From an uncultured Gemmatimonadales bacterium (GTDB lineage Bacteria > Gemmatimonadota > Gemmatimonadetes > Gemmatimonadales > GWC2-71-9): DNA of 64,000 nucleotides. The stretch spans positions 96,001-160,000 of the forward strand of contig CAVSQW010000007.1 of assembly GCA_963730185.1 (NCBI GenBank). The letters run 5' to 3'. Made by a program: the position numbers and the translations under genes. Below are positions 29,234 through 39,389 of the stretch, piece after piece (the first letter of the stretch is position 1; the number at the start of each line of letters is the position of its first letter). The notes under the pieces are model-generated. The model was given only the letters and a program-made list of their open reading frames with translations. It had not been told where the DNA came from and did not search any database.

Positions 29234-30100
29234 ATGCCCTCCTCCTCCGTCCTCGTCACCGGGTGTTCCACCGGCATCGGTGCCGCCGCCGCGCTCGACC
29301 TCGATCGGGCCGGCTACACGGTCTTCGCCGGGATCCGCCGGGCCGAGGACGCCGACCGGCTTCGGGCCCGGGGCTCGGAGCGGCTCCGGCCGATCGAGCT
29401 CGACGTAACCCGGGCCGACCAGGTTGCCCGGGCCGCCGGGCTGATCGAGGCCGAGACCGGCGCGACCGGTCTCCGCGGACTGGTCAACAACGCCGGCATC
29501 GTGGTCGGCGGTCCGCTCGAGTTCCTGCCCCTCGAGGATTTCCGAGCGCAATTCGAGGTGAACGTCTTCGGCCTCCTCGCCGTGACCCAGGCGCTGCTGC
29601 CGGCCCTCCGCCGGGGCCGGGGCCGGATCGTCAACATCGGGTCGGTCTCCGGAAAGACCGTCACTCCGCTGATCGGAGCCTACGCCGCGTCCAAGCACGC
29701 GCTCGAGGCGATGTCCGACGCCCTCCGGCTGGAGCTCGCGCCCTGGGGGATCGAGGTGGCCCTGATCGAGCCCGGACCGGTCCAGACCGCGATCTGGGAC
29801 AAGGGCCGGGAGGCCCTGGCCCGGGCGCCGGAGGTGTACTCGGACCGGGCCCTGGAGCTCTACGGCCCCCGGATGGCGGTAGTCGGCAGGCTGGCTGCAT
29901 CCAGCGGCGCCGCCGGCGTCACCACCGGCCCGGTGGTGGCCGCGATCCGTCACGCGCTCGAAGCCCGCCGGCCCAAGACCCGGTATCTGATCGGCAGGGG
30001 TGCCTGGCTCCGGGCCGGTCTTCGCTGGCTGTTACCGGACCGGGTCATGGACGCCCTGATTCAGCGCTATCTCCGCCGGATGGAGCGAGCCGGCGCGTGA
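29234..30100 (+). CDS. SDR family oxidoreductase
   Basis: TGCSTGIG, VNNAG and YAASK motifs. Confidence 0.93.
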   Translation: MPSSSVLVTGCSTGIGAAAALDLDRAGYTVFAGIRRAEDADRLRARGSERLRPIELDVTRADQVARAAGLIEAETGATGLRGLVNNAGIVVGGPLEFLPLEDFRAQFEVNVFGLLAVTQALLPALRRGRGRIVNIGSVSGKTVTPLIGAYAASKHALEAMSDALRLELAPWGIEVALIEPGPVQTAIWDKGREALARAPEVYSDRALELYGPRMAVVGRLAASSGAAGVTTGPVVAAIRHALEARRPKTRYLIGRGAWLRAGLRWLLPDRVMDALIQRYLRRMERAGA

Positions 30101-32076
30101 GGGCGAGGTCCGCGCTGTGGATGGCCTTGCTCGGGCTGGGCGCCTGCCTCGACGGGGCCCCCACCGGCCCGAATGGGGCTGGCCCGGCCCCGGCCGGCGT
30201 GGCGCTGGTCCCGGCCTCCGCGACGCTCGAGGTCGGCGGCAGCCTGACCATGGGTGTGCCCGGGTCGGAGCCGTTCACGCTCGAGTCCGACGACCCGTCC
30301 ATCGCGGCGGTCGGACCCGGCGGGGTGGTGCGAGCTGTTGGGCCGGGGACCGCCAAGATCAGGGCCTACACCGCGATTGGCCGAGCCGACGCCAGGGTGA
30401 CCGTCGTGCCCGTGGCCAGCTCGCTCGATCCGCTGCTCCGCGACCGGGGGATCACCGACGCCAGTCTGCTCGGCATCTGGGCCGCCGACGAGCAGGTGGC
30501 GTACGCCGTGGGGGTCGCCGGCGTCTTGCTCGAGACCGACGATGGCGGCGCGTCGTGGCGGCGGATCGCGCTGCCCGCCAGTCCCGACCTGCTCGCGGTC
30601 TGGGGCTCGGGACCGGGCGACGTCTACGCCGTCGGGTCGAACGGGGCGATCCTTCACTTCGACGGGACCGCCTGGTCGCTCGAGCCCACCGGCACCACGG
30701 GGCTTTTCTTGGCCGTCTGGGGCTCGGGGGCCGACGACGTCTACGCCGTGGGCGCCGACGTCGCCATGCACTACGACGGCCACGCCTGGGCGCCGATGCC
30801 CGGCGCCGAAGGCGCCGAGCTCTGGTCGGTCTGGGGCACCGGTCCGACCGACGTGTTCGCCTCCGGGCAGAACGGCGTGATCCTCCATTGGGACGGCACT
30901 CGCTGGACCCGGATGACGGCGCCAACCCAGTACGTCCTCTTCGGCCTCTGGGGTACGGCGCCGTTCGACGTCTGGGCGGCGGGGATCCGCGGCACCGTGC
31001 TTCACTACGACGGCATCGCCTGGCGGCAGGTGCCGGTGCCGAGCGCCGGTGACTTCTTCGCGCTCTCGGGCCGGAGCCAATCGGACATCCTGATCGCCGG
31101 AAACGGCGGGGCGGTGCTCCGGTACGACGGGTCGACCTGGTCGTACCTGCCCCAGACCGCCACCCGCGAGAATCTCCGAGCCATCGCCTTCACGCCCGCG
31201 GGCGTCGCCCGGATCGTGGGGTGGTCCGGCACCGTCATCCGGAGGGAACCGGTCGGCTGGGCCAGGGAGACCGGCTCGGCGGTGCTGCTCTCGTCCGTGG
31301 CCGATCCCGACGGCCGGGTCACGATCGTCGGAGGGGCCGGCACCGTGCTGGAGGGGCCGGTGACCGGCCCGTTCGCCCGGGTTGCCGTGCCGACCCGGGA
31401 CGATCTCTATGGCGTGGCCCGTCTGGCGGACGGCGATCTGATCGCCGTGGGCGACCGGGGCACGATCCTCTGGCGCCGGAATGGAGTCTGGATCGCCGAG
31501 GGCGCCCCGACGTCGGTGCTGCTGCGGTCGGTCTGGGCCGATCCGTCCGACGCCGGCCGGATCGTGATCGTGGGAGACCAGGGTGTCATCCTGACCCGGC
31601 ACGACGGGACCTGGCGCCGGGAGGCGTCGCCCACCACCCGCTTCCTCCGCCACGTGTACGGCGCTGCCCCCGACCTGATCATGGCCGTGGGCGACAGCGG
31701 CACGGTCGTCCGCTACGACGGGCTTCGCTGGTCGGTCATGCCCACGCCGGTGACGACCCTTCTCCGGGGCGTCTGGGTGAGCGGCCCGGACGAGGCCTAT
31801 GCGGTGGGGGAGCAGGGGGCGGCCATCCGGTACGACGGCCGGCGTTGGTCGGAGCTCACCTCGCCCGTGCCTCGGGCGCTCCGGGCCGTGTACGGGGCGG
31901 GGCCGACCGAGCTCTACGCCGTCGGCGAGGAAGGCACAGTGGTGCGGTTCAACGGGGTGGGCTGGCAGCGCCTCGGATCGCCGACCACGAGCTACCTGCT
32001 CGGCCTGGCACCCGGGCCCGCCGGCGGCCTGCTGGCCGTCGGGACCAACGAAACGGTGGTCCAGCTCACCCGCTGA
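30097..32076 (+). CDS. Lipoprotein with Ig-like domain and 14 beta-propeller repeats
   Basis: GTGA overlap, lipobox LGAC, Big_2-like segment, 14 repeats of L..VWG.GP.DVYAVG..G.ILHYDG..W. Confidence 0.82.
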   Translation: MRARSALWMALLGLGACLDGAPTGPNGAGPAPAGVALVPASATLEVGGSLTMGVPGSEPFTLESDDPSIAAVGPGGVVRAVGPGTAKIRAYTAIGRADARVTVVPVASSLDPLLRDRGITDASLLGIWAADEQVAYAVGVAGVLLETDDGGASWRRIALPASPDLLAVWGSGPGDVYAVGSNGAILHFDGTAWSLEPTGTTGLFLAVWGSGADDVYAVGADVAMHYDGHAWAPMPGAEGAELWSVWGTGPTDVFASGQNGVILHWDGTRWTRMTAPTQYVLFGLWGTAPFDVWAAGIRGTVLHYDGIAWRQVPVPSAGDFFALSGRSQSDILIAGNGGAVLRYDGSTWSYLPQTATRENLRAIAFTPAGVARIVGWSGTVIRREPVGWARETGSAVLLSSVADPDGRVTIVGGAGTVLEGPVTGPFARVAVPTRDDLYGVARLADGDLIAVGDRGTILWRRNGVWIAEGAPTSVLLRSVWADPSDAGRIVIVGDQGVILTRHDGTWRREASPTTRFLRHVYGAAPDLIMAVGDSGTVVRYDGLRWSVMPTPVTTLLRGVWVSGPDEAYAVGEQGAAIRYDGRRWSELTSPVPRALRAVYGAGPTELYAVGEEGTVVRFNGVGWQRLGSPTTSYLLGLAPGPAGGLLAVGTNETVVQLTR

Positions 32077-32116
32077 GGCAGTCAAGTCGGGGCCCGCCGG
32101 GACCGATACTCTCGAG

Positions 32117-33346
32117 ATGCCCGTTTCGTCGGTTCCCCGGGCGGAGCGCCGGCTGGGCCTCGCGCTGTCGCTCTATGTCGGGCTCGTCATCGCCATCGTC
32201 ACGTTGGTGCCCTTCCGATTCGACTGGCCGCCGGTCTGGCGCCTGGTCGGCTATCGGGGGCTTTCCGACGTGCTCGCCAACGTCGCCCTCTTCCTCCCCT
32301 TCGGGTTCTTCGTCGCTTTCGGGGGGCGAGGCCGTCCCTGGTTGGCGGGCTGCGCCTTGAGCGTCGCGGTGGAGCTGCTCCAGCTCACCCTGCCGAGCCG
32401 TTCGCCGTCGCTGATCGACGTCACCACCAATAGCCTGGGCGCCGCGCTGGGCGGGCTTGCCTTCCGGATCACGGCCTCGCGGCTGGAGCGCCGTCGGGAC
32501 CAGAGTCGGGTGTTCGCGCTCGACCTGCCGCTGATGGGGCTGGTCTACCTGTTGGTGCCGCTCCTCTGGCTCTCCGGGCTCGCCGCCGGGAACGAGGCCG
32601 GTCGGATCGGCCTCGCGGCCCTGGTGCTCGGGGCCGGGGCGCTCGGGCTCGGCGCCGTAGACCGGCACGCGTTCCGTCCCCGGGGCGCCCGACCCTGGAG
32701 CGCGCCCCTCGCCGCGACCGTCGGCGCCCTGGTCGGGCTTGCCCCGGGGTGGCTGGGCCGCCCGGTCGTGCTGGTCGGCCTGGCCGTCGGGGCCGGCCTC
32801 GCGACGGCCGGGGCGTCGCGATTTGGCTCGGGTCGGGAGGAGAGCGGCCAGCGATACGAGCTTCCGACCCTCGTCCGCATGGCCCTGCCGCTCGGGATCT
32901 ACCTCGCGCTGGTGGCGCTCTGGCCGGTGGCGGCGCTCGGCTCGGCTTGGCACGGCACGCTGGCCCTGGCGGGCGAGATCGGCGCCGTGGGCCAGGTTGC
33001 CATCCTTCGGTTGCTGGAGCTGGTGGCCGGCGTGACGGTGGCGGGCTACGCCGCCGCCGAAGCCGGCGGGCGCCTGCAGGCCCGGCGGATGAGTGGCCTC
33101 GTGGGGATGATGCTGCCGGTCGGGCTCGCGCTGGGGCGCGGCTTTCACCCCGCCTATGGCACGAGTCTGGTCGAGGTCACCTTGCTGGCGGTCGGCTTCC
33201 TGCTGGGTGGGCGTCTCTATCACCTCCAGCGGCGCTACCTGCGGGCCCTGCTGGGTCGGGTCGAGCCGCGGGCTCGACCCGAACCCGGGCCGGCCTATCG
33301 CATTGGGCCGCCGGTTGCCGCGGAGGGAGCCCCGAAGTGGAGGTAG
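32117..33346 (+). CDS. VanZ-like membrane protein with extended TM region
   Basis: DVLANVALFLPFG, VELLQL.LPSR and DVTTNSLG motifs followed by further hydrophobic helices. Confidence 0.82.
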   Translation: MPVSSVPRAERRLGLALSLYVGLVIAIVTLVPFRFDWPPVWRLVGYRGLSDVLANVALFLPFGFFVAFGGRGRPWLAGCALSVAVELLQLTLPSRSPSLIDVTTNSLGAALGGLAFRITASRLERRRDQSRVFALDLPLMGLVYLLVPLLWLSGLAAGNEAGRIGLAALVLGAGALGLGAVDRHAFRPRGARPWSAPLAATVGALVGLAPGWLGRPVVLVGLAVGAGLATAGASRFGSGREESGQRYELPTLVRMALPLGIYLALVALWPVAALGSAWHGTLALAGEIGAVGQVAILRLLELVAGVTVAGYAAAEAGGRLQARRMSGLVGMMLPVGLALGRGFHPAYGTSLVEVTLLAVGFLLGGRLYHLQRRYLRALLGRVEPRARPEPGPAYRIGPPVAAEGAPKWR

Positions 33347-33834
33347 AGGACGTCGTTGCCCGCGGGTGACAGGGTCGCGATGTAGAGCCGGTCGTAGTCG
33401 GCATCGGTCAGCTCGGTCACCGTCTGTCCCGTCAGCTTCTCGACGATCGCCGGGACCAGGTTGCTGTGGGTCACCACCAGGGCTCGGCTGCCGGGGGCCA
33501 AGCCCTTGAGCCGGGCGACCAGATCGTCCACCCGGGCCGCGTCCATCGGCTCCGGCGCCACATGGATCTCGCGGGCGAGGGGGAGCGCCGTTTCCTGGGT
33601 CCGCTTGAACTGGGACACCAGGATCGTGGTGATCCGAGCGTCCCGGAGCATGGTGGCCAGCGCCTCGGCCCGGGCCCGGCCCTCGCGGGTCAGCGAAGGG
33701 TCCGGCGTCTCGGGTCCCTTCTCGGCGTGCCTAACGATAAAGACGGTCACCGGCGCCGCGGTCTGGGCGGCGGCAATCGGCGGGACGACGAGCGCGGCCA
33801 CCAGGCCGAGGCGGGCGAGTCGGAATCGTCGCAT
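33295..33834 (-). CDS. Exported histidine phosphatase (phosphoglycerate mutase/SixA-like)
   Basis: Signal peptide (AAA-Q), VRHAEK, RTQETA and VVTHSN. Confidence 0.85.
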   Translation of the reverse strand: MRRFRLARLGLVAALVVPPIAAAQTAAPVTVFIVRHAEKGPETPDPSLTREGRARAEALATMLRDARITTILVSQFKRTQETALPLAREIHVAPEPMDAARVDDLVARLKGLAPGSRALVVTHSNLVPAIVEKLTGQTVTELTDADYDRLYIATLSPAGNDVLYLHFGAPSAATGGPMR

Positions 33835-34073
33835 GGGGGGCTCCCGGGCCCGGGCGGGCCCTGCGTGGGGGTTCGGTTCGGCGGCCGACACCGCCGCAGA
33901 GGGCGAGAAGTTAACCGCCGACCGAGGCGCCTCCCACCCCCGGCCCCCTTTCCCGTCTGTGCGCACGTACCGGCCGGAAATCGTCCTGGGTATGTTGCAT
34001 CCGCCGCCCGATCGGAAAGGAACGCCCCGGGGGGGTGGCGTGACGGCGGCCGTTTCTCTGGATGGGAGTGCGG

Positions 34074-35498
34074 ATGAGACGACGGACGTGGTGGATCGCG
34101 GCGCTGGCCCTGGCGGGCTGCGCGACCAACCCGGTGACCGGCAAGCGGGAGCTCGCGCTGGTGTCGGAATCGCAGGAGATCGAGATGGGCCGGCAGGCGG
34201 CGGCCGATGTCCGGCAGCAGATGGGTCTGGTGCCGGACTCGTCGCTCCAGCGATACGTGCGCGGGATCGGGCTCGAGCTGGCCGCCAGCTCGGAGCGGCC
34301 GCAGCTGCCCTGGTCGTTCGACGTGATCGACGACGCCTCGGTCAACGCCTTCGCCTTGCCGGGCGGCTTCATCTTCGTGACCCGCGGGATCGTCACCAAC
34401 ATGACCAACGAGGCCGAGCTCGCCACGGTGCTCGGCCACGAGATCGGGCACGTGACCGCGCGGCATTCGGTCCAGCAGATGTCCCGGGCCCAGCTGGCCC
34501 AGTTGGGCCTCGGCGTCGGCAGTCTCCTGAGCGACCAGGTCGCCGCCCTGAGCGGCGTGTTGGGCCAGGGGCTCGGCCTTCTCTTCCTCAAGTACAGCCG
34601 CGACGACGAGACCCAGGCCGACCAGCTCGGATTCCGCTACGCCTTGAACGACGACTACGACGTCCGCGAGATGAAGAGCATGTTCGAGATGCTCCAGCGG
34701 GTCAGCGCGTCGGCGCAGGGCGGTGGGTCGTTGCCCCAGTGGCTGTCCACCCATCCCGATCCCGAGAACCGGATCGCCAAGACCGACCAGCGGCTGGCGA
34801 CGGTCACCCGCGATCTGAGCAAGGCCAAGGTGAACCGGAGCGGGTTCCTCCAGCACGTCGACGGCCTGGTCTACGGGACCAATCCCCGGCAGGGTTACTT
34901 CGACGGTACCCGGTTCAATCACCCGGACCTGGCGTTCAAGATCGACTTCCCGGCCGGCTGGCAGGTCGAGAACCAGGCCAGCGCCGTGGTCGGCGGCAGC
35001 CCCCAGCAGGACGCCATCTTCGCGCTCAGCATTCCGACCAAGGACGCGCCGACCCAGGCGCTCACCACCTTCGCCGCGCAGCAGGGAGTGCAGGTCTCGG
35101 GGCAGTCCAACGTCACGATCAACGGTCTGCCGGGGGTCTCGGCGGCCTTTCAGGCACAGGGCCAGAACGGCCAGGCGCTGGCGGGTGACGTGGTGTTCGT
35201 GGCCTACGGGGGGAGCACCTACCAGCTCCTGGGGTACGCCGCCGCCGCCAGTTACGCCGGCTACCGAAGCGTCATCCAGCAGAGCGTCCAAAGTTTCGGA
35301 CGGCTCACCGATCCGGCGGCGCTGGCCAAGCAGCCGGTCCGGATCAAGCTGGTCCGGCTCTCCCGGGACATGACCGTCGACGAGTTCGTCCGCCAGTACC
35401 CGAGCGCGGTCCCGGCGGCGACGATCGCGCTGATCAACGGCGTGGGCGCCACCACCGACGTGCTGAAGGCCGGCACCGACGCCAAGCGGGTGCAGTAG
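34074..35498 (+). CDS. M48 family zinc metalloprotease lipoprotein (BepA-like)
   Basis: Lipobox LAGC, NAFALPGG, HEIGH, YSRDDETQAD and STHP. Start 34062 or 34074. Confidence 0.9.
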   Translation: MRRRTWWIAALALAGCATNPVTGKRELALVSESQEIEMGRQAAADVRQQMGLVPDSSLQRYVRGIGLELAASSERPQLPWSFDVIDDASVNAFALPGGFIFVTRGIVTNMTNEAELATVLGHEIGHVTARHSVQQMSRAQLAQLGLGVGSLLSDQVAALSGVLGQGLGLLFLKYSRDDETQADQLGFRYALNDDYDVREMKSMFEMLQRVSASAQGGGSLPQWLSTHPDPENRIAKTDQRLATVTRDLSKAKVNRSGFLQHVDGLVYGTNPRQGYFDGTRFNHPDLAFKIDFPAGWQVENQASAVVGGSPQQDAIFALSIPTKDAPTQALTTFAAQQGVQVSGQSNVTINGLPGVSAAFQAQGQNGQALAGDVVFVAYGGSTYQLLGYAAAASYAGYRSVIQQSVQSFGRLTDPAALAKQPVRIKLVRLSRDMTVDEFVRQYPSAVPAATIALINGVGATTDVLKAGTDAKRVQ

Positions 35499-35537
35499 CC
35501 CGCTCGGGTGTAGCGGGTCGGACCCGGTACCCCGCGC

Positions 35538-37372
35538 TCAGGTCAGCGAGGCGATCTCCAGCCGGGCGGCGGTGCGGTAGGCCACCCGCTCGGCGAACTC
35601 CCGGGTCAGCTCCCCGATCATCGCCCCGGGGGCGGTGAAGGAGAGCGCCGACTCGGTCCGGGCCCGCCCCAGCGCGGCCACCAGCTCCAACAGCGATTGC
35701 GCCAGGCGGTCCCGGGCCTCCTCGGTCCGGGTCACGCCGGTCCACCAGCCGGCCGGCAAGGCGGGCTGGTAGGCCGAGTCGATCCGGAGCCGAGCCAGGT
35801 GGTGGTCCAGGGCGGCGAGCTCGGACGCCGTGTCCGCCGCCGCCAGGGCGAGGGGCTCGAGCTCTTCCAACAGGCGGCGGCGGGTGCGTTTGCCGGCCTC
35901 CCGGGCCACCAGCTCCCGGCTCAGCCGAGCGACGTCGGCCAGCAGATCGCGGGCGGAGCCCGGCGGGAGCTCCGCGAGCCGGTCGCGGAGCGCCGCCGGC
36001 AACTCGACCGCTTCCGAATCGCGGGTCCGGGTCAGGATCGCGGGTCGCTGGAGCTCCAACCGGGCGGCGGCCAGGAGGAGCCCGGCCATGGCCGGCCCGG
36101 TCCAGGCGAACCACGGCGCCGCGACCCGGCCCGCGACCAGTCCCGCCAGTGCCACCGCCGCCACCAGGAGATAGAAGCTCGACGGAATCGCCGTCCAGAA
36201 GCCCGCCTCCGTCCGGGTCGCGACCCGAACGTCCCGGTCGCGGAGCCACTGGGCCAGCGCGTCGGCGCGGGTGGCCGGCACCCGGATCAAGGGGCGATGT
36301 CCGGCCGCGGCGTCGGCCAGGGCCGCGGCTTCCGAGAGGCCGGGGTGGAGCGCTACCAGCTCGGCGATCGTGGGGTAGAAGGACGGGCCGGCGTGCTCCA
36401 CGAAGAGCAGCCGCTGCCCGTCGCGGTCGGCGGTCGGGTCGCAAGCCTCGCAGAGCGGCGATCCCGGCAGGGCGGCTGTGCCGCAGATCATGCAGCGCGC
36501 CTGGACCGGCCGGGCCGCCGGTTCCGGCGCGACGTCCGGCTCGGTGTCGGGTCCCCTCAGGCCGGCGATCAGCCCGTCCGCCGTGGTGAACCGATCCTGC
36601 GGGGCAGCCATCGTGGCGGCCGCCACCACCTCGTCCAGCCAGGCCGGGATCTCGGGGCGGACCTCCCGGGGATGGAACCCGCCGGCGAGCGGGGTCGGCG
36701 GGAGGTGCAAGGGGTGATCCGGCAGCCGCCCCGTCAGGGCCTCGAACAGGGTCATTCCCAGGGAGTAGAGGTCGCTCCGGCCGTCACCGCGAGCCCCCGC
36801 CAGGACCTCGGGCGCGGCGTACCCGAGGGTGCCCGCCAGGCGCCGGTGGCGGTGAGGGACGGCTGACCCTCGGCCCAGGCAGAGCCGAAGTCGGTGAGGA
36901 AGGCGGTGCCTCGCTGGTCGAGGAGCACGTTCTCGGGCTTCACGTCCCGGTGCAGGATCCCCTCGCGGTGCGCCGCGGCGAGCGCCGATGCGACCATGGT
37001 GGCGGCCGCCACCGCGTCGTCGATCGCGAGCGGTCCATCCCGGACCAGGCGCCGCGCCAGGTCGGTGCCCCGGATCAGGTCCATCACCACGAGCGACCGG
37101 CCCTCGTCGTCGAGGTAGTCATGTACCCCGACCAGATTCGCGTGGTGGAGGCCGCGAACCAGCTCCACCTCGCGGCGGAGCCGCTCGCGGGCCTCCCGGG
37201 CCCTGGCGGGCGGGGGAACCAGCAGCTTCAGCGCGATTTCCCGCCCCACCAGGGTGTCCCGCGCCGTGTAGACGATGGAGTGGGCGCCCCGGCCGATCTC
37301 GCCGATGATGACGTAACGCCGGGCCAGGATCACTCCGGCCGTCAAGCCGACGTCCGGATCGATCGCGGTCAT
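35538..37372 (-). pseudogene. Ser/Thr protein kinase with Zn ribbon, TM hairpin and helical tail; single frameshift
   Basis: IGRGAHS, ALK, HRDVKPEN and DFG. Adding one C at ~36840 gives GALAGTLGYAAPE...SDLYSLG in frame with ORF 35538..36755, which carries CMIC..CEAC. Confidence 0.85.
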
Positions 37373-37956
37373 CGCTGGTCGATCCGGCTGAGCATGTCCC
37401 GGGCGCTCTCCCGCCAGCCATCCTCCACGTCGTAGGTCCTCAGGAACGCCTGGAGATGGGCGCGGGCCCGCTCGGTTTGTCCCAAATCGAACTCGGCCGC
37501 GCCGGCATGGTAGAGCGCCATGTAGTGGTTGGGCCAGAACTCCGCCACCAGCTCCATGATCCGCCCCGCCGATCGATCGTCACCCGCGTCCGCGATCGGG
37601 TGACCGATCTCGAACACGATTCCGGCCGCCCGCCAGCGGTGGGCGGGCTCGACCGCCTCCAGGAACTCGCGGGCCCGGTCGATCCGGCCCGCGATCGCGA
37701 AGCAGGCGGCCGCGTAGCCGGAGCCTTCCAGCGTGTGCGGGGCGGGCAGTCGGGCGGTGGCCGATTCCACCTCGAGCGCGTTGCAGAACGGCTTGACGAC
37801 CTGGAACCAGATGGCGCCGTCGGTCCCGCTCGCGAGGCCGCCGGCCGGCATCGGCGGTTCAGCCCTGGGGCGGTCGCTCCGGGGTTCGCGGAGCGACACC
37901 GCCGCCAGGGACAGTACCAGAAAGGCCAGGCCGGCGAGGTAGTGGAGCCGCAGCAT
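37369..37956 (-). CDS. Hypothetical membrane-anchored protein with TPR-like C-terminus
   Basis: N-terminal hydrophobic helix, WPNHYMALYHAG...ARAHLQAFL TPR-like helices, ATGA coupling to the kinase. Confidence 0.7.
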   Translation of the reverse strand: MLRLHYLAGLAFLVLSLAAVSLREPRSDRPRAEPPMPAGGLASGTDGAIWFQVVKPFCNALEVESATARLPAPHTLEGSGYAAACFAIAGRIDRAREFLEAVEPAHRWRAAGIVFEIGHPIADAGDDRSAGRIMELVAEFWPNHYMALYHAGAAEFDLGQTERARAHLQAFLRTYDVEDGWRESARDMLSRIDQR

Positions 37957-38031
37957 GCCGGCGAGCGGTGCAAGCGGTGGGCCGGTGCTCCCGCGCTGCA
38001 AGATGCTGCAGGGCCCGGATCGGGCGGAGGG

Positions 38032-39324
38032 TCAGCCCCGGGTGGTCCGCCGGCGGAGGAAGTCCATCAGGATGAACTGGCCGAGGGTCATGGTGTTGGT
38101 GAAATACGCCTTGCCGCGGCACATCTCCGCCACCTTCATCACGAATTCCACCAGGCTCCGATCCCGGGCCAGCATGAAGGTGTTGACCATGATCCCGGCT
38201 CGCCGGCAGGCGGCCACCTCCTGGAACGTGCGCTTGAGGATCTCGGGGTCGAGGCCCATCGAGTTGAAGTACACCTTGCCGTTGGGCAGGGTCACCGCGG
38301 AGGGCTTACCGTCGGTGATCATGATGATCTGGCGCATGTCTTTCTTCTGCGCCAGCAGCAGCCGGCGGGCCAGCTTGAGCCCTTCGGCGGTGTTGGTGTG
38401 ATAGGGACCCACCTGCGCCGCGGCCAGGGTGGCCAGCGGGATCTCCTCGGCGGTGTCGTGGAAGAGCACCACTTTGAGGGAGTCGCCCGGGAACTGGCTC
38501 CGGATCAAATGGGTGAGTGCCAGGGCGACCTTTTTGGCCGGGGTAAATCGATCTTCGCCGTAGAGGATCATCGAGTGGGAGCAATCCAACATCAGCACGG
38601 TCGCGGCCGATGACCGGTACTCGGACTGGTGGACCATCAGGTCGCGATAGTCGAGGTCGATCGGCACGCCGAGGCCGTTCCGAGCGATCGCGTTCCCGAG
38701 CGTGGCGGGCACGTCGAGGTTGAGCGTGTCCCCGAACTGGTACGGCTTGCTGCCACCCTCGGCTTCGATGCCGGTGGCCAGGTACGCCGTCTCGTGGGCG
38801 CCCAGACTGGCCTTGCCGATGCTGCCCAGCAGGTTCTTGAGGGTGCGATACCCGAGGAAGTCGAGGCCTCGGTCGGTGAGGTCGAATTGCACCTGTTCGG
38901 CGGCCGCGCGGGCCTGGCCGCCCGGCCCGGTGACGGCGCTGTAGCCCGAGGGCATCTTGGGGGCGTCGCTCAGCTTGAGATAGCCCTCGTCCATCAACCG
39001 CTGCACGATCTGGTCGAGCAGCTGGGCCAGCTGGCGCTCGATCTCCCGGTCCCGCTCCTCGTCGCCGGTGCCCTCGCCCCGGAGGTAGCGGGTCATCTCG
39101 GGCGTGAGCTGGCCGGACTTGAGCAGGGCATCGAGGATCGCCTCGCGGAGCGCGTCGATCGAGCGATCGCCGCCTTCGGGCGGATCGGCCCACCAGGGCC
39201 AGTCGCCGGGGCCGCCGGCAAAGCCCGACTGGAGGAGAAAGTCGCCGAGCTGGTCGAGAAGCGCCTGCAGGTTGACCGCGTCGGCCAGCTGGGGCACGTA
39301 CCGGGAGTAGGTCGTGAACCGCAT
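38032..39324 (-). CDS. VWA (MIDAS) domain-containing protein
   Basis: DCSHSM (DxSxS), HTNT and ITDGKP motifs. Confidence 0.9.
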   Translation of the reverse strand: MRFTTYSRYVPQLADAVNLQALLDQLGDFLLQSGFAGGPGDWPWWADPPEGGDRSIDALREAILDALLKSGQLTPEMTRYLRGEGTGDEERDREIERQLAQLLDQIVQRLMDEGYLKLSDAPKMPSGYSAVTGPGGQARAAAEQVQFDLTDRGLDFLGYRTLKNLLGSIGKASLGAHETAYLATGIEAEGGSKPYQFGDTLNLDVPATLGNAIARNGLGVPIDLDYRDLMVHQSEYRSSAATVLMLDCSHSMILYGEDRFTPAKKVALALTHLIRSQFPGDSLKVVLFHDTAEEIPLATLAAAQVGPYHTNTAEGLKLARRLLLAQKKDMRQIIMITDGKPSAVTLPNGKVYFNSMGLDPEILKRTFQEVAACRRAGIMVNTFMLARDRSLVEFVMKVAEMCRGKAYFTNTMTLGQFILMDFLRRRTTRG

Positions 39325-39389
39325 ACTCCAACGTTGCCGATACTCGGGGCCGGGGGCAAGGGCGAGGTCCGGCCGTTCCGGGAGCTGCT

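Noticed and set aside
36830..36850. Programmed ribosomal frameshift in the kinase (also considered for the M28 gene)
   Set aside because: No slippery heptamer; the shift falls mid-domain and is best explained by a single missing base.
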